Virus record (IMG/VR): IMGVR_UViG_3300026541_000012
Location: 1-41,875 of that record
Origin: a virus
Taxonomy: Duplodnaviria > Caudoviricetes
Length of the DNA stretch: 41,875 nt
Strand: one strand, 5' to 3'
The notes below the pieces were generated by a model. It ran no database searches, was not told the origin of the DNA, and worked only from the letters and a program-made list of their open reading frames with translations. How positions within the stretch are numbered: position 1 is the first letter of the stretch; each line of letters opens with the position of its first letter. The position numbers were made by a program, and so were the translations under genes. Positions 25,327 to 35,732 of the stretch are shown piece after piece.

Positions 25327-26801
25327 ACATAGAGTACGTTTCCAAGCTGCACCCGGTATACACCAAGCCGAAGCGCATCAAGATTGTTGTTGGTGGCCGA
25401 GGTTCAACCAAGTCCACCGGTGTGGCCGATTACGTGGCAGGACAGATAGCTTGTGGTGCATTGTGGTGTTGCGCTCGTGAACACATGAACTCTATTGAGG
25501 AGTCTGTTCACAGAACCATGCTGGATGAGATAGCGAGACTGGAGATTCCAGGCTTTGAGGACACCAAGACCAGCATCAAACATGCATCAGGTGGACGGGC
25601 ATTCTACAAGGGGCTAGCAAGGAACATAACGTCTCTAAAGTCCACGCTGACCGGCGTTGACGGACTATGGATTGAAGAGGGCGAAGATCTCTCAGACAAT
25701 ACATTACGGGTGCTCACTGCTTGTGTGCGCCTTAATGCCACTGATACTCAGAGAGCTATAGCGGGCGAAGACATCAAGCTTCCCGAGATCATTATCACGA
25801 TGAATCGAGGTGCAAGCTCTGGTGCGGTGGCTAAGAAGTGGTTGGCTCGGGCCGAACCTACCCTCCAGAAGTGTGGTTATTATGAGGACGACCTGCTGAT
25901 GGTTGTCGAGATGAATTACACTGACATGCCCACTGAATGGTTCTTGCAGTCAGGTCTTGAGATTGAGCGCCTGGATGATTACGAGGCACTAACGAGGCCA
26001 CAATATGATCATAAGTGGCTAGGGCATTACCTAGACACGGTAGACAATGCGATCATTCCGACGGAGTGGTTCGATGCGGCTATCGATGCACACGTGAAGC
26101 TTGGCTTTAGTCCGAAGGGTGTGAAGGTTGTATCACACGATCCATCCGACAAAGGACCGGACGCTAAAGGGCTGTGCTATCGGCATGGTTCAGTCATTCT
26201 TGATGTACAGGAAAAGATGGGGCTGGATGTGAATGAGGGATGTGACTGGGCCTTGGACTATGCCATTGATGTGCAGACTGATGTGTATATTTGGGACTGT
26301 GACGGGCTTGGTGCTGGCCTGAGAAAACAGACGCTGGACGCTATTGCGGGTAAGAAGATAGAGCACGTTGAGTTTCGTGGTGGCAAGGGAGTGGACAATC
26401 CAAAGCAGACTTATCAAGCGGTCGATAGCCATTCCAATAAGAAGGCCAAGAGCAACGAGGAGACGTTCAAGAACAGACGTGCTCAGTATTACTGGATGTT
26501 ACGTGACAGGTTTTACAACACCTACCTAGCAGTGGTTAAGGGGCAATACATTGATCCAGACGATATGATCAGTCTATCCTCTGATATCAGCAACATGAGT
26601 GCATTGCGGGCCGAGGTGTGTAGAATACCGAGAAGGCCAAACGGCATGGGACTGATTCAAATCATGAGCAAGGAAGAGATGGCACGCCAAAAGCCACCTA
26701 TTGCTAGTCCGAACCAAGCTGATGCACTCATGATGAGTCTTGCTACGCCAGCGCTGAAGAAAGCCGATATGACACTCAGGTTTGCATCCGTTTATGGCTG
26801 A
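25308..26801 (+). CDS. terL: terminase large subunit
   Basis: Walker A GGRGSTKS, Walker B WIEE, nuclease HDPSD and SPNQADAL. Confidence 0.95.
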   Translation: MSARQIDIEYVSKLHPVYTKPKRIKIVVGGRGSTKSTGVADYVAGQIACGALWCCAREHMNSIEESVHRTMLDEIARLEIPGFEDTKTSIKHASGGRAFYKGLARNITSLKSTLTGVDGLWIEEGEDLSDNTLRVLTACVRLNATDTQRAIAGEDIKLPEIIITMNRGASSGAVAKKWLARAEPTLQKCGYYEDDLLMVVEMNYTDMPTEWFLQSGLEIERLDDYEALTRPQYDHKWLGHYLDTVDNAIIPTEWFDAAIDAHVKLGFSPKGVKVVSHDPSDKGPDAKGLCYRHGSVILDVQEKMGLDVNEGCDWALDYAIDVQTDVYIWDCDGLGAGLRKQTLDAIAGKKIEHVEFRGGKGVDNPKQTYQAVDSHSNKKAKSNEETFKNRRAQYYWMLRDRFYNTYLAVVKGQYIDPDDMISLSSDISNMSALRAEVCRIPRRPNGMGLIQIMSKEEMARQKPPIASPNQADALMMSLATPALKKADMTLRFASVYG

Positions 26802-28899
26802 CGAGGACGATATCACTGAGAAGGGCTTTGGTGATCATCGGGCCATACTGCAGCTATTGCGCAAGGCTCAGTCTGTTGAGACAGATGTACGTGAAATCGT
26901 ACGAGAAGTGCATTCCTTCCTCGATGATAAGGACGGTCAGTGGGATTCTCATGCGTCCAAAGCATTTGAAGGTCGACCGCGCTATACGCTGGACAAGTGC
27001 AATGATCTGGTGGATGACATCGCCGGGGCGATGGAGCAGTCAGACTTTGATATCCAGATATTGCCTGCCGGTGGAGATGCGACCAAAGGCTTGGCCAAGA
27101 CCTATGACGGTCTGATTCGCAATATTCAGAACCTATCGAACGCCACCGATATATACGATGCCAGTACCCGCTTTATGGTGCGTGCTGGCATGGATGGCTG
27201 GCGCATTAACCAGCGTTGGGGTGATAACAATACCTTCGACCAGGATTTGTACATCGATACGGTATCTGATTGGGTGGATCGTGTGTGGTTTGATCCTGGT
27301 TCGGTATTGCAGACACGTGAGGACGCAGGTTATGCCTTTGTCTTAACGACGATGATCAAGGCTGATTACGACAGGGACTTTCCTGAAGGTAAGGGCGTGT
27401 CTGTGAGTATTGGCGATCATATCCTGCAAACGGACAGGCAGCCCGAGACGGTAGTGGTGGGTGAGATTCTGTACAAAGTACAGGTCGAGCGACGCATCGT
27501 TGAGCTGACGAATGGCGCTGTGTACGTGGACGATGACAAGTTCCAGACAATCAAGGACGAGCTGGCCAAACAAGGTGCCGAGGTGAAGCGTGAACGACTG
27601 CGCATGATGACCGAGGTGAAGACTCGCATCTTCGATGGCTCAGACTGGCTAACGGATGTGCAGGACACTGTATTCGACCTAATCCCTCTGGTGCCGGAGT
27701 ATGCCAACTGGGGTGTACGTCGGAAAGTCCCGAACTATTGGGGCATTGTCACCAAGAAAATGGATGCACAGCGCATCTACAATTACACCGAATCACGCAA
27801 GGTTGAGGACGGTGCTTTTTCACCCTTGGCCAAGATTCTGGTCACCAAAGAACAGATTGGTGGCAACAAGATAGGCTGGGAACGTCTGAATGTAAGCTCT
27901 GATCCAGCATTGACCTATGAATACGACCCTGAGAATCCCAATGTACCGTTTAAGATCGGTGGTGCTGAGATTAACCCAGGCCTTGAATCGACCAGTCAAT
28001 CAATGCTGCAGAACCTGCAGTCCACGGCCGGTATTGATCAACTACCAGGTCAGACACTTGGATTACAGTCCGGGCTTGCCGTAGAGCTGAAGCAGGACCG
28101 AGGCGATACACGCAATCACAAGTATGTGAAGTCCAAGCAGATCGCTATCTGTCACACCGGCAAGATCCTGATGCGCGCTATTCCAAAGGTCTACGACACT
28201 GAGCGCCAGGTGAGGATTATCAATGAGGACCGCTCGTTTGAGATGGTGCTGCTGAACAAGCGCATTATCGATGAGCAGTCGGGCGAGCCAGTGGAGATAA
28301 TTGACTTGTCCAAAGGCGTATACGATGTCACTTGCGATGTCTCCAAAGCCTTTAAGAATCGTCAGGGTGAGACGGTTAACTCGATGGTGGAGGTGGCAGC
28401 GATTGACCCGACTATTATTGAAGAGGGCCGTGATGTTCTGTACAAAAACATGAATGCACCAGGCTTTGACATCCTGGCAGCACGTGTGCGACAGAAAATG
28501 TTACTATCCGGTCAAATACCTAAAGAGGAAATGACCGACGACGAGAAAGAGTTCCTGAAGGCACAACCAGAGCCTGAACCAGATCCAGTAGCAGTAGCGC
28601 TTGAGCGTGAAGCGGACAATGCGGACGATGAAATACAGATTAAAGCCATCGATGCGGCCCGAAAGGACCGTGAACTGGATGCGAAGATAGAGAACGAGCG
28701 GCGTGATGATGACCGCGCATCAATGCAAGAGGCATTTGATAATATCAAGGTAATGGCGCAGGCATTAAAGGACCAAGCCTTAGCTTACAAGGCATTAGCG
28801 GATGCTAAGGGTATTGAAGGTGTTGATTTACCCGGTGTAGACGATATCATTGCCGGACAGGCGGCTACAGTTAGAGAGTCGCAAGCGGAACAGCCATAG
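26794..28899 (+). CDS. portal protein (P22-like)
   Basis: ~700 aa after TerL; DGQW...GRPRYT and DAQRIYNY motifs; helical C-terminus. Confidence 0.9.
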   Translation: MADEDDITEKGFGDHRAILQLLRKAQSVETDVREIVREVHSFLDDKDGQWDSHASKAFEGRPRYTLDKCNDLVDDIAGAMEQSDFDIQILPAGGDATKGLAKTYDGLIRNIQNLSNATDIYDASTRFMVRAGMDGWRINQRWGDNNTFDQDLYIDTVSDWVDRVWFDPGSVLQTREDAGYAFVLTTMIKADYDRDFPEGKGVSVSIGDHILQTDRQPETVVVGEILYKVQVERRIVELTNGAVYVDDDKFQTIKDELAKQGAEVKRERLRMMTEVKTRIFDGSDWLTDVQDTVFDLIPLVPEYANWGVRRKVPNYWGIVTKKMDAQRIYNYTESRKVEDGAFSPLAKILVTKEQIGGNKIGWERLNVSSDPALTYEYDPENPNVPFKIGGAEINPGLESTSQSMLQNLQSTAGIDQLPGQTLGLQSGLAVELKQDRGDTRNHKYVKSKQIAICHTGKILMRAIPKVYDTERQVRIINEDRSFEMVLLNKRIIDEQSGEPVEIIDLSKGVYDVTCDVSKAFKNRQGETVNSMVEVAAIDPTIIEEGRDVLYKNMNAPGFDILAARVRQKMLLSGQIPKEEMTDDEKEFLKAQPEPEPDPVAVALEREADNADDEIQIKAIDAARKDRELDAKIENERRDDDRASMQEAFDNIKVMAQALKDQALAYKALADAKGIEGVDLPGVDDIIAGQAATVRESQAEQP

Positions 28900-28910
28900 A
28901 CTATTTTTAT

Positions 28911-28977
28911 GGTGATGAGGCGAAAGCCTTTCCTTTACTAAGTTGTGCGGTTGCGAAAGCGGGGGACAGCCATCACT
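28911..28977 (+). promoter_or_regulatory. structured leader upstream of the scaffold gene
   Basis: GGTGATG/CATCACT closing stem with two GAAA-tetraloop hairpins. Confidence 0.5.
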
Positions 28978-29017
28978 TTTAAAGCAGTTTAACAGCGGAA
29001 TAGCGGAGTAAATTGTA

Positions 29018-29761
29018 ATGCCAGACCTTGTGGAAGGTGAAGAGGTACAAGAAGAAACTCCAGCGGAAGAGACGCACGACGGTTTTGTCAGCGACAAGCA
29101 ACATGCTGAAAGAATTGGAGTGCAGCACAAGAAGTTTCGCGATGAGGAACGTGGACGAGTAGCAGCTGAAGGTCGCTTAAGTAACGTTGAAACGGAGCTT
29201 GAGGCGTTAAAGACCAAGCAGGCGGAGGTTATTGTTCCGCCAGTGCCGGACCCGCTCTCAGAGACCTACGCGACTGATGTGCAAACTCGTGATGACGCGA
29301 TCAAAGCGCAAGTTGGAAACGAAGCGGAAGCGCAACGCAAAGCGGACGAACTTAAGGAAAAGGATGAGGCGCGTTTAGTCAGCGAAAAAACTGCGGAAGA
29401 TAAAATGATCGCAGGCTTTGACGCTAATATGATTAAACATGGTCTTGATCCAGCTGCAGCAATAAAGGCAGGTAATACAGTAGCGGACTACGGCATATCT
29501 AAAAACTTTGAGGATGTTCTTCTTGAAGATCCAGATGGACCGTTGTTTGTGATGTATCTTGCTAATAATCCTATTGAATTAGAGAACATGAATGGGATGT
29601 CAATGCTGCAGCTGGTAAATCACCTTAATGGTGATATCAGGGCAAAAGCCTCTTTACTTAAACCACAAACGAGTACCGCACCCGATCCACCTACCACACC
29701 TAGTGGTGGTGGCGCTCCCGAATTACAAGAGAACTGGGAGAGGGGGGCCAAGTACGAATAG
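29018..29761 (+). CDS. scaffolding protein
   Basis: Acidic coiled coil, GP..V.YLA.NP motif, Pro-rich C-terminus; between portal and coat. Confidence 0.8.
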   Translation: MPDLVEGEEVQEETPAEETHDGFVSDKQHAERIGVQHKKFRDEERGRVAAEGRLSNVETELEALKTKQAEVIVPPVPDPLSETYATDVQTRDDAIKAQVGNEAEAQRKADELKEKDEARLVSEKTAEDKMIAGFDANMIKHGLDPAAAIKAGNTVADYGISKNFEDVLLEDPDGPLFVMYLANNPIELENMNGMSMLQLVNHLNGDIRAKASLLKPQTSTAPDPPTTPSGGGAPELQENWERGAKYE

Positions 29762-29803
29762 GAAGCAGGTTAAACCATAGCCTGCTTCTAACAGGAGCTA
29801 GGC

Positions 29804-31108
29804 ATGGCTAACAATTTAACAAGTAACGTCACCCGACAGTTGATGCGGGTCTTCTTGAAGCATTTCGAGTCAAATCGAGTTGTGACAAAGACCATCAACA
29901 CGCAGCTTTTTGAGGGTAAATTCACACCGGCATCGGGAACGACTGTGGACATCAAGCGTCCGCACGACTACACCACGATTCGGACCGCAGGCGGTGATAT
30001 CTCATCGTCTCAGAAAGACGACATCATTTCCGGTAAGGCAACGGCTACGGTTCAGCCATATTTCACCGCTGCAACAGAGTGGGGAAATGTCGAGGAAGCT
30101 TTAGAACTGGATCAGCTAGATCAGATCCTCGCGCCGATGGCTAGACGCATGGTTACCGACCTTGAGACAGATCTAACTGACTTCATGATGAAAAACTCTG
30201 GGCTTGTCCAGGGTGCGCCGGGCACTGCAGTCACGGCGTGGTCGGATGTTGCGAAGGCTAGCGCACTTTTAAGCACGATCGGAGTTCCGGGTGACATGCC
30301 GTGGTATTACCTGATAAACCCGTTTACTCAGGTAACTCTTGCAGACCTGCAGGGCGGCGGAACAAACGCGACGACCAGAGGTGCTGGTAATATGACCGAG
30401 GGCATGGTTGCCTCGGCATGGCAAAAGGCGCAAATCAGTCGTGACTTCGGCGGCATGGCAGCGCTAACATCTCAGGCGCTGGCGTCATACACCACAGCTG
30501 TTACAACCGATCAGGCTGGCGCAGTTAATGGTGCTCCAACACCGACGTATATCTCATCTAAAGACACGCATCAGATGAGTATTATAGTTGACGCCTTCAC
30601 GGATAGCGTCACTGTTCCTGCGGGAACCACTGTCGAGATTCCAACACGGTTCTTGCTGAATCAGTCGACCAGGGAGCCAGCACTGGATGCTGCGGGTGCG
30701 AATATTCCGTGGCGTGGTGTTTTGGTAGCCGATGCGGTTCTCACGGCAGGTGCGGGTACGTTCATTGTGTCAAGTCCGGCGACGTTCGATTCAGGAACGG
30801 AAAACCCGCAGTACAACACTGTTGTAGCGGCTATCGCTGATAATGATGTGATCAATATCATTCCAGATACCGATGCGGCGACTACGTTCCAGCCGAACCT
30901 GTTCTATCACCCGCAAGCCTTTAGTTTGGCAAGTGTCAGGTTGCCGAAGCTCTTCTCAACGGATACTACGGTAATCACCGAGGATGGTTTCAGCTTACGA
31001 GTCAGTAAGTACGCAGACGGTGATGCCAACCAGCAGAAAGTCAGGTTCGATCTTTTGCCTGCTTATGCCGCGCTTAACCCGTGGTTTGCGGGACACGGTT
31101 GGAAGTAA
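29804..31108 (+). CDS. major capsid protein (P22 coat-like)
   Basis: MANNLTSN..., GTTVDIKRP and VRFDLLPAYAALNP. Confidence 0.9.
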   Translation: MANNLTSNVTRQLMRVFLKHFESNRVVTKTINTQLFEGKFTPASGTTVDIKRPHDYTTIRTAGGDISSSQKDDIISGKATATVQPYFTAATEWGNVEEALELDQLDQILAPMARRMVTDLETDLTDFMMKNSGLVQGAPGTAVTAWSDVAKASALLSTIGVPGDMPWYYLINPFTQVTLADLQGGGTNATTRGAGNMTEGMVASAWQKAQISRDFGGMAALTSQALASYTTAVTTDQAGAVNGAPTPTYISSKDTHQMSIIVDAFTDSVTVPAGTTVEIPTRFLLNQSTREPALDAAGANIPWRGVLVADAVLTAGAGTFIVSSPATFDSGTENPQYNTVVAAIADNDVINIIPDTDAATTFQPNLFYHPQAFSLASVRLPKLFSTDTTVITEDGFSLRVSKYADGDANQQKVRFDLLPAYAALNPWFAGHGWK

Positions 31109-31110
31109 AA

Positions 31111-31173
31111 GCATTTGTCGCTGACGGGGATCTCGGCTCTGGTGAGCCGGGATCTCTGCGGTGGCATAAGTGC
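31111..31173 (+). terminator. long hairpin after the capsid gene (terminator or processing site)
   Basis: 14-bp core GGGGATCTCGGCTC/GAGCCGGGATCTCT with extended outer stem; no U-tract. Confidence 0.45.
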
Positions 31174-31291
31174 AATGTGCTTCAACTGAGCGACGAGGAG
31201 AAGATCGCGTACGTACGCGAAGCCTTTCCGAATATGTCGAACGAGGATAAACTGGACCTGACGGTTTTCCTGATCGTGGAGAAATTGAACA

Positions 31292-31756
31292 ATGGCGACA
31301 GTCACTGAGATTGTAACGGGTGCACTGCAACTCCTGGAAGTAAACACAGCGGAGACCGCTATCACGGCACCCGAGGCCGAGGACGGTCTGGTTTCACTCA
31401 ACGACATGATGAATGAGTGGAATGTCGACGGCATTGATGTCGGCTACGAAACACTGGATGACGTTGACGATCCACTGTCCGTTAATCTGGGCTCGATTGG
31501 TGCGATTAAGGCTAATCTTGCAATCTATATTGCACCGGAATACGGCCGCACACCCAATCAGACATTGATGGAACGTGCCCGGCGCAGTAAGAAGTCTCTG
31601 CGTGCCTCTATCCCACTGAACAGCTCAGAATTTCCCGATACCTTGCCGATAGGCAGCGGTAATGAGGACAATCACTTTGTGGCCGATGGAGATTCACCGG
31701 GAAACCTGCGTGATTCTCGCTTTTACCCGTCGAATGTTCGCCGCAGATGCAACTAG
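31292..31756 (+). CDS. head-tail adaptor (P22 gp4-like)
   Basis: AEDGLVSLNDMMNEW...NLAIYIAPEYG...LPIGSGN. Confidence 0.8.
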   Translation: MATVTEIVTGALQLLEVNTAETAITAPEAEDGLVSLNDMMNEWNVDGIDVGYETLDDVDDPLSVNLGSIGAIKANLAIYIAPEYGRTPNQTLMERARRSKKSLRASIPLNSSEFPDTLPIGSGNEDNHFVADGDSPGNLRDSRFYPSNVRRRCN

Positions 31757-33204
31757 AAATTGCCACAGGCTTTTATCAGTCCGACTCATTGCCGCTGGTC
31801 GCTCAGCGCTGCGTTAACTGGATACCGATTGTTCCACAAGCCAGTGCATTGAATCAGCGAGCGCTGTTCGATGTTCAGGGCATTGTTACCCGAACGCTTA
31901 CAGGTTCTACCATTACCGGCATTAATCGTGGTGCAGCCGTTGTGGATAGCGTGCCGTATTTCATCAACGAAAACGCGCTGTACTCGTTTGATTCATCCAA
32001 TGTAGTGACGAATCACGGCACCATTGATGGTTCTGGTCGCGTTAGCTTGGCGAACAATGGTCGCTTTTTAGTCATCGTTGTGCCGGGTGTGAAGGCGTAC
32101 ACCTTCGATAACACCACCAATACGCTGGCGCAAATCACCGATATTGACTTTCGGGTCTCCGACACGGTGTCGTTTAAGGACGGCTTTTTCATATTTACCT
32201 CCAGCGATGGTGAAGTATTTTTTACCTCAGAGCTGAATAATCCAACGTCCTACAATGCGCTGGACTTTGGCTCTGCAGAGGTAAGGCCGGATAAGATCGT
32301 TGCCACGCATGTAAACCGTAATCAATTGTTCGTGCCGGGCGAAGAGACATTCGAGTTATTTCAGACTGTCGAAGGTACAGGCTTTCCATTCCAACGTATA
32401 CCAGGCGGGGACATACAAAAGGGGCTGCACGCGAAGCTTGCTATTGTCGACTTTGACAATTCTTTTGCATGGCTCGGTGGTGCTGTCAATGAACTTACTG
32501 CGGTATGGCGCATGGAAGGTGCGCCTCGAAAGATATCAACCTCGGCGATTGATAATGCGATTCAGGAATATACTAAAGATGAGATCGCGGACGCCTTTGC
32601 TTTTACCTATGCTTATGGTGGCAACTTCTTTGTCGCCTTCACCTTTACCTCAACCAATATCCCATCACGCACGCTGGTCTATGATGCGACCACCAGTGCC
32701 CTGACGGGTGAGGACGTATGGCACGAACGTCAGTCCGGCATTGATGATAATAAGTGGCGCGTGACCGCTATTGTCAGTGCTTACGGCGACTTAATCGTGG
32801 CGGATTCAGTGGACGGTCGTATTGGCACCTTCGATAAGGGTACGCACACTGAGTACGGCAATGCCATCAAACGACAGAAAACCTCGATGCCCTACGATAA
32901 TGATCGATTTCCAATCACTGTGAGTAAGTTAATGGCGACGATGGAGGCCGGTGTGGGAACGATTGCTGGCCTTGATCCGAAGCTTAAGATGGAGTTTTCA
33001 GACGATCAGGGCGGTATTTTCATTATTGCCGGAGTACGCTCTTACGGTGAGATCGGTAATCGTCGACGTATACCGTCATGGCGACGGCAGGGACAAATTC
33101 CCCGCGACCGAGTGTTGAGATTCACTACTACAGAGCCGGTCAAAAGTACTTTGCTCAGACTGGATGCTGAGTTCTCAACCTCTTCAACGACACCGCAGAT
33201 ATGA
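31747..33204 (+). CDS. tail hub / DNA stabilisation protein (P22 gp10-like)
   Basis: 485-aa beta-rich protein; ALDFGSAEVRPD, FPFQRIPG and WHER motifs. Confidence 0.85.
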   Translation: MQLEIATGFYQSDSLPLVAQRCVNWIPIVPQASALNQRALFDVQGIVTRTLTGSTITGINRGAAVVDSVPYFINENALYSFDSSNVVTNHGTIDGSGRVSLANNGRFLVIVVPGVKAYTFDNTTNTLAQITDIDFRVSDTVSFKDGFFIFTSSDGEVFFTSELNNPTSYNALDFGSAEVRPDKIVATHVNRNQLFVPGEETFELFQTVEGTGFPFQRIPGGDIQKGLHAKLAIVDFDNSFAWLGGAVNELTAVWRMEGAPRKISTSAIDNAIQEYTKDEIADAFAFTYAYGGNFFVAFTFTSTNIPSRTLVYDATTSALTGEDVWHERQSGIDDNKWRVTAIVSAYGDLIVADSVDGRIGTFDKGTHTEYGNAIKRQKTSMPYDNDRFPITVSKLMATMEAGVGTIAGLDPKLKMEFSDDQGGIFIIAGVRSYGEIGNRRRIPSWRRQGQIPRDRVLRFTTTEPVKSTLLRLDAEFSTSSTTPQI

Positions 33205-33506
33205 CCGTTATCGTCACAAATCGTAGTGAGCCATTGGTGGATGAGAATGGCTTGCCGAGCCTGCGCTTTGCCGAATTGCTTGAGCAGTTAACCGATACGC
33301 TCAATACGTTGACCTCTAATACCAACGCATACACGGTGACGAATGCCACCATTGATCGGGCATACGATGCAAACCAGGCTGCTGGTACAATTTCTGCGAC
33401 ACCAACACAAGCAGAGGTTGAGAATTTGCGTGATGCAATCCTCGAACTTGCTGACGTACAAGCAACCGTTATTGTAGACCTTCAAAATGTAGGAATTGTG
33501 CCGTGA
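33201..33506 (+). CDS. small tail protein (position of tail needle)
   Basis: Synteny; ISATPTQAEVENL coiled coil. Confidence 0.55.
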   Translation: MTVIVTNRSEPLVDENGLPSLRFAELLEQLTDTLNTLTSNTNAYTVTNATIDRAYDANQAAGTISATPTQAEVENLRDAILELADVQATVIVDLQNVGIVP

Positions 33507-33904
33507 TCCGACAAGTTTTTGACATGGACGCGGTGAATCTTGTGCTTACGCATCCAGACATCTGGAAAGATATTGCACCGCAGTTTGCGCAGCCGTTTGA
33601 TGCACCTTATCTGCCGTGTGTGCTGTATTTTTTAGTCAACGATGGCGACGGTGTAATCATGTTTCATCCATTCAGAGAGGGCTTGAAAATACACCCGAAC
33701 ATATTGCCCTCAAAACGCGGTCGAGTAGCGTATATTGCTGTGGAGGAGTCGATTCAAGCCATGTTTGAGGACGGTTGCCCGTGTATTTACGCTGAAATCG
33801 ATCGCAAGCTGCGTCATGTGGCGTTATTTGCACGCCAGTTGGGCTTTCGACTGCTGGAATCGGCTGGTCGTGACCTGTTTATACGAAGGAATTTAGACTC
33901 ATGA
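33503..33904 (+). CDS. GNAT-like virion assembly protein (P22 gp14-like position)
   Basis: IHPNILPSKRGR...FARQLGF acetyltransferase-like fold. Confidence 0.6.
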   Translation: MIRQVFDMDAVNLVLTHPDIWKDIAPQFAQPFDAPYLPCVLYFLVNDGDGVIMFHPFREGLKIHPNILPSKRGRVAYIAVEESIQAMFEDGCPCIYAEIDRKLRHVALFARQLGFRLLESAGRDLFIRRNLDS

Positions 33905-34470
33905 GTTTTATCGGGGATTTGTTCGGAGGTGGTGCCGAAAGAGATGCCGCACAGGCCCGTGAACGTGGCATTACCGAAGGTATTGGCGAGCAACGGCGTC
34001 AATTTGACCTGACACGTGGCGATTTTGCCGGATTTCGCGAACGTGGTGGTCTTGCTGGCGAAGAAGAGGCAGCGCTGTTAGGTTTACGCGGCTCAGAGGA
34101 AGAATCGGCTGCGTTAGGACGATTTAACGAGTCACCCGGACAAGCCTTTTTACGTGAACGCGGTTTGAGAGCGGCTAATAGGGCCGCATCGGTGTCCGGT
34201 GGACTTGGTGGTGGCAATATCCTCGAAGAATTGCAGCGTCGTGGCACGGGTTTTGCTGCCCAGTTTCTTGGCGAACGTAAAGACAGACTTGCAGGCGTAG
34301 CCAGAGGCGGTTTACAGGCCACAACGGCAGGAGCCACTATCGGTGGCGACATATCGGGCAATATAGCTCGCTTATTGGGCGCACGCGGTGAGGCTGAGGG
34401 CGCTGGTATTGAAAACGTCGCTTCTGCACGACGCTCAGGACTGGCTAGAATTGCAGGAGCCTTTATCTAA
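33901..34470 (+). CDS. DNA ejection protein (P22 gp7-like)
   Basis: SPGQAFLRERG...ASVSGGLGGGN motif; Gly/Ala-rich. Confidence 0.75.
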   Translation: MSFIGDLFGGGAERDAAQARERGITEGIGEQRRQFDLTRGDFAGFRERGGLAGEEEAALLGLRGSEEESAALGRFNESPGQAFLRERGLRAANRAASVSGGLGGGNILEELQRRGTGFAAQFLGERKDRLAGVARGGLQATTAGATIGGDISGNIARLLGARGEAEGAGIENVASARRSGLARIAGAFI

Positions 34471-35732
34471 TGCCACACACAGAAGGTCGCAGTGTCTTGT
34501 CGAGAGTTGGTCAGGGGCTGATCTCTTTTGGTTCCGGCGTGCCATCGGCGCAGATTGATACCATTCGATCCAATCGCGACATTGCTGCGAATGAGGTGGA
34601 TATCAGCGCCAACCGAGCGGAACTTGGCAGGCAGGAAATCGAGGCGAATCAGGCGCAAACTGAAAAAGATCAGGAAACACAGCGGCTGGTTGGCATGGTG
34701 CAAAGTGGCAATTCTGAACAATCAAGACAAGCTGCGGATCGGCTGTTTCAGTTGAATCCGGAACTTGCCGATACGCTATTTGAGAACATGGGCGCGACAT
34801 CTGCGGCACAACGTGAGGATGCAAGTCGTCGGGCTAGTGAAATACTGCAAACAGCACCGGATCAGAGAGAGGCGGTGATATTACGACAGGCCGCAGAGCT
34901 TGAGGCCGAGGGTCGTGTTCCACGTGAAACATTGAGTCTCATTGGCCAATCACCAGAGGATCAGGACCGGGCCTTAAATATTGTGCAATCAGCTGCCTTA
35001 AGTACGCAACAGCGTTTGGGATTACAGAGAGGTACCGAGGAGCCGTTTGCACTGCGCACGTTCCGTGGTTTGGCTGAAAGTGCCGGGCTTGACGAGGAAG
35101 AGCTTGCCAGTGCAGCGCGTATACAGCTTGGCATAGATCCGCGTGCGGTCGGCTCAGGCGAGCAGACGGTGGCACAAAATGCAGAGCTGAAAGAATTGGT
35201 CGCCCAAATGCGCGAGACATTGGCCGAACGCTCTAAATTTGCTGAGCGCACGGGTGCATCTCGGGCCACCGCCATTGATAAGGGTTTTGCCAGTATTGGC
35301 AACATCAACAAGAACATCCGCAATATTGATCGTGCCATTACCGCTTTGGAGGGCGGGGCGTCAACTGGTGCGATTGAAAGCCGGTTTTTCCCATCAATCC
35401 GAGAATCATCGGTCATTCTCGATCAGATCCAGGGTGAACTTGCCCTTGATGTTGTTGGCTCCGTTACCTTCGGCGCATTGTCGAAAGGTGAGCTGGATCT
35501 GGCGCGATCAACGGCATTGCCAACAAGTCTGCAACCGCCTGAACTGATGCAGTTTTTGCGTGAGAAAAAGGCTGCACAAGAAAAGCTACGCGGTTATTAC
35601 GACTCTCAGATTCAGCATCTTGACCAAGGCGGAAGTATTGCCAGTTTCTTGCAGCAACAGCGTGAAGTCCCTGAGCCCTCGGCTGGAGGTGATGTGTTGC
35701 GCTTTGACGCGCAAGGAAATTCGGTTCAATGA
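34470..35732 (+). CDS. DNA ejection protein (gp20-like)
   Basis: Helical; TFGALSKGEL motif; synteny. Confidence 0.65.
   Translation: MPHTEGRSVLSRVGQGLISFGSGVPSAQIDTIRSNRDIAANEVDISANRAELGRQEIEANQAQTEKDQETQRLVGMVQSGNSEQSRQAADRLFQLNPELADTLFENMGATSAAQREDASRRASEILQTAPDQREAVILRQAAELEAEGRVPRETLSLIGQSPEDQDRALNIVQSAALSTQQRLGLQRGTEEPFALRTFRGLAESAGLDEEELASAARIQLGIDPRAVGSGEQTVAQNAELKELVAQMRETLAERSKFAERTGASRATAIDKGFASIGNINKNIRNIDRAITALEGGASTGAIESRFFPSIRESSVILDQIQGELALDVVGSVTFGALSKGELDLARSTALPTSLQPPELMQFLREKKAAQEKLRGYYDSQIQHLDQGGSIASFLQQQREVPEPSAGGDVLRFDAQGNSVQ

Noticed and set aside
28911-28960. Hammerhead ribozyme (TGATGA...GAAA)
   Set aside because: The core reads GTGATGA rather than CTGANGA, and the GAAA motifs are tetraloops, not the post-stem-II core.
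31081-31308. -1 frameshift extension of the capsid (T7 10B-like)
   Set aside because: The -1 frame is open only from 31078, and there is no X-XXY-YYZ slippery heptamer at a suitable distance from the hairpin. A short independent ORF from ~31177 is possible.
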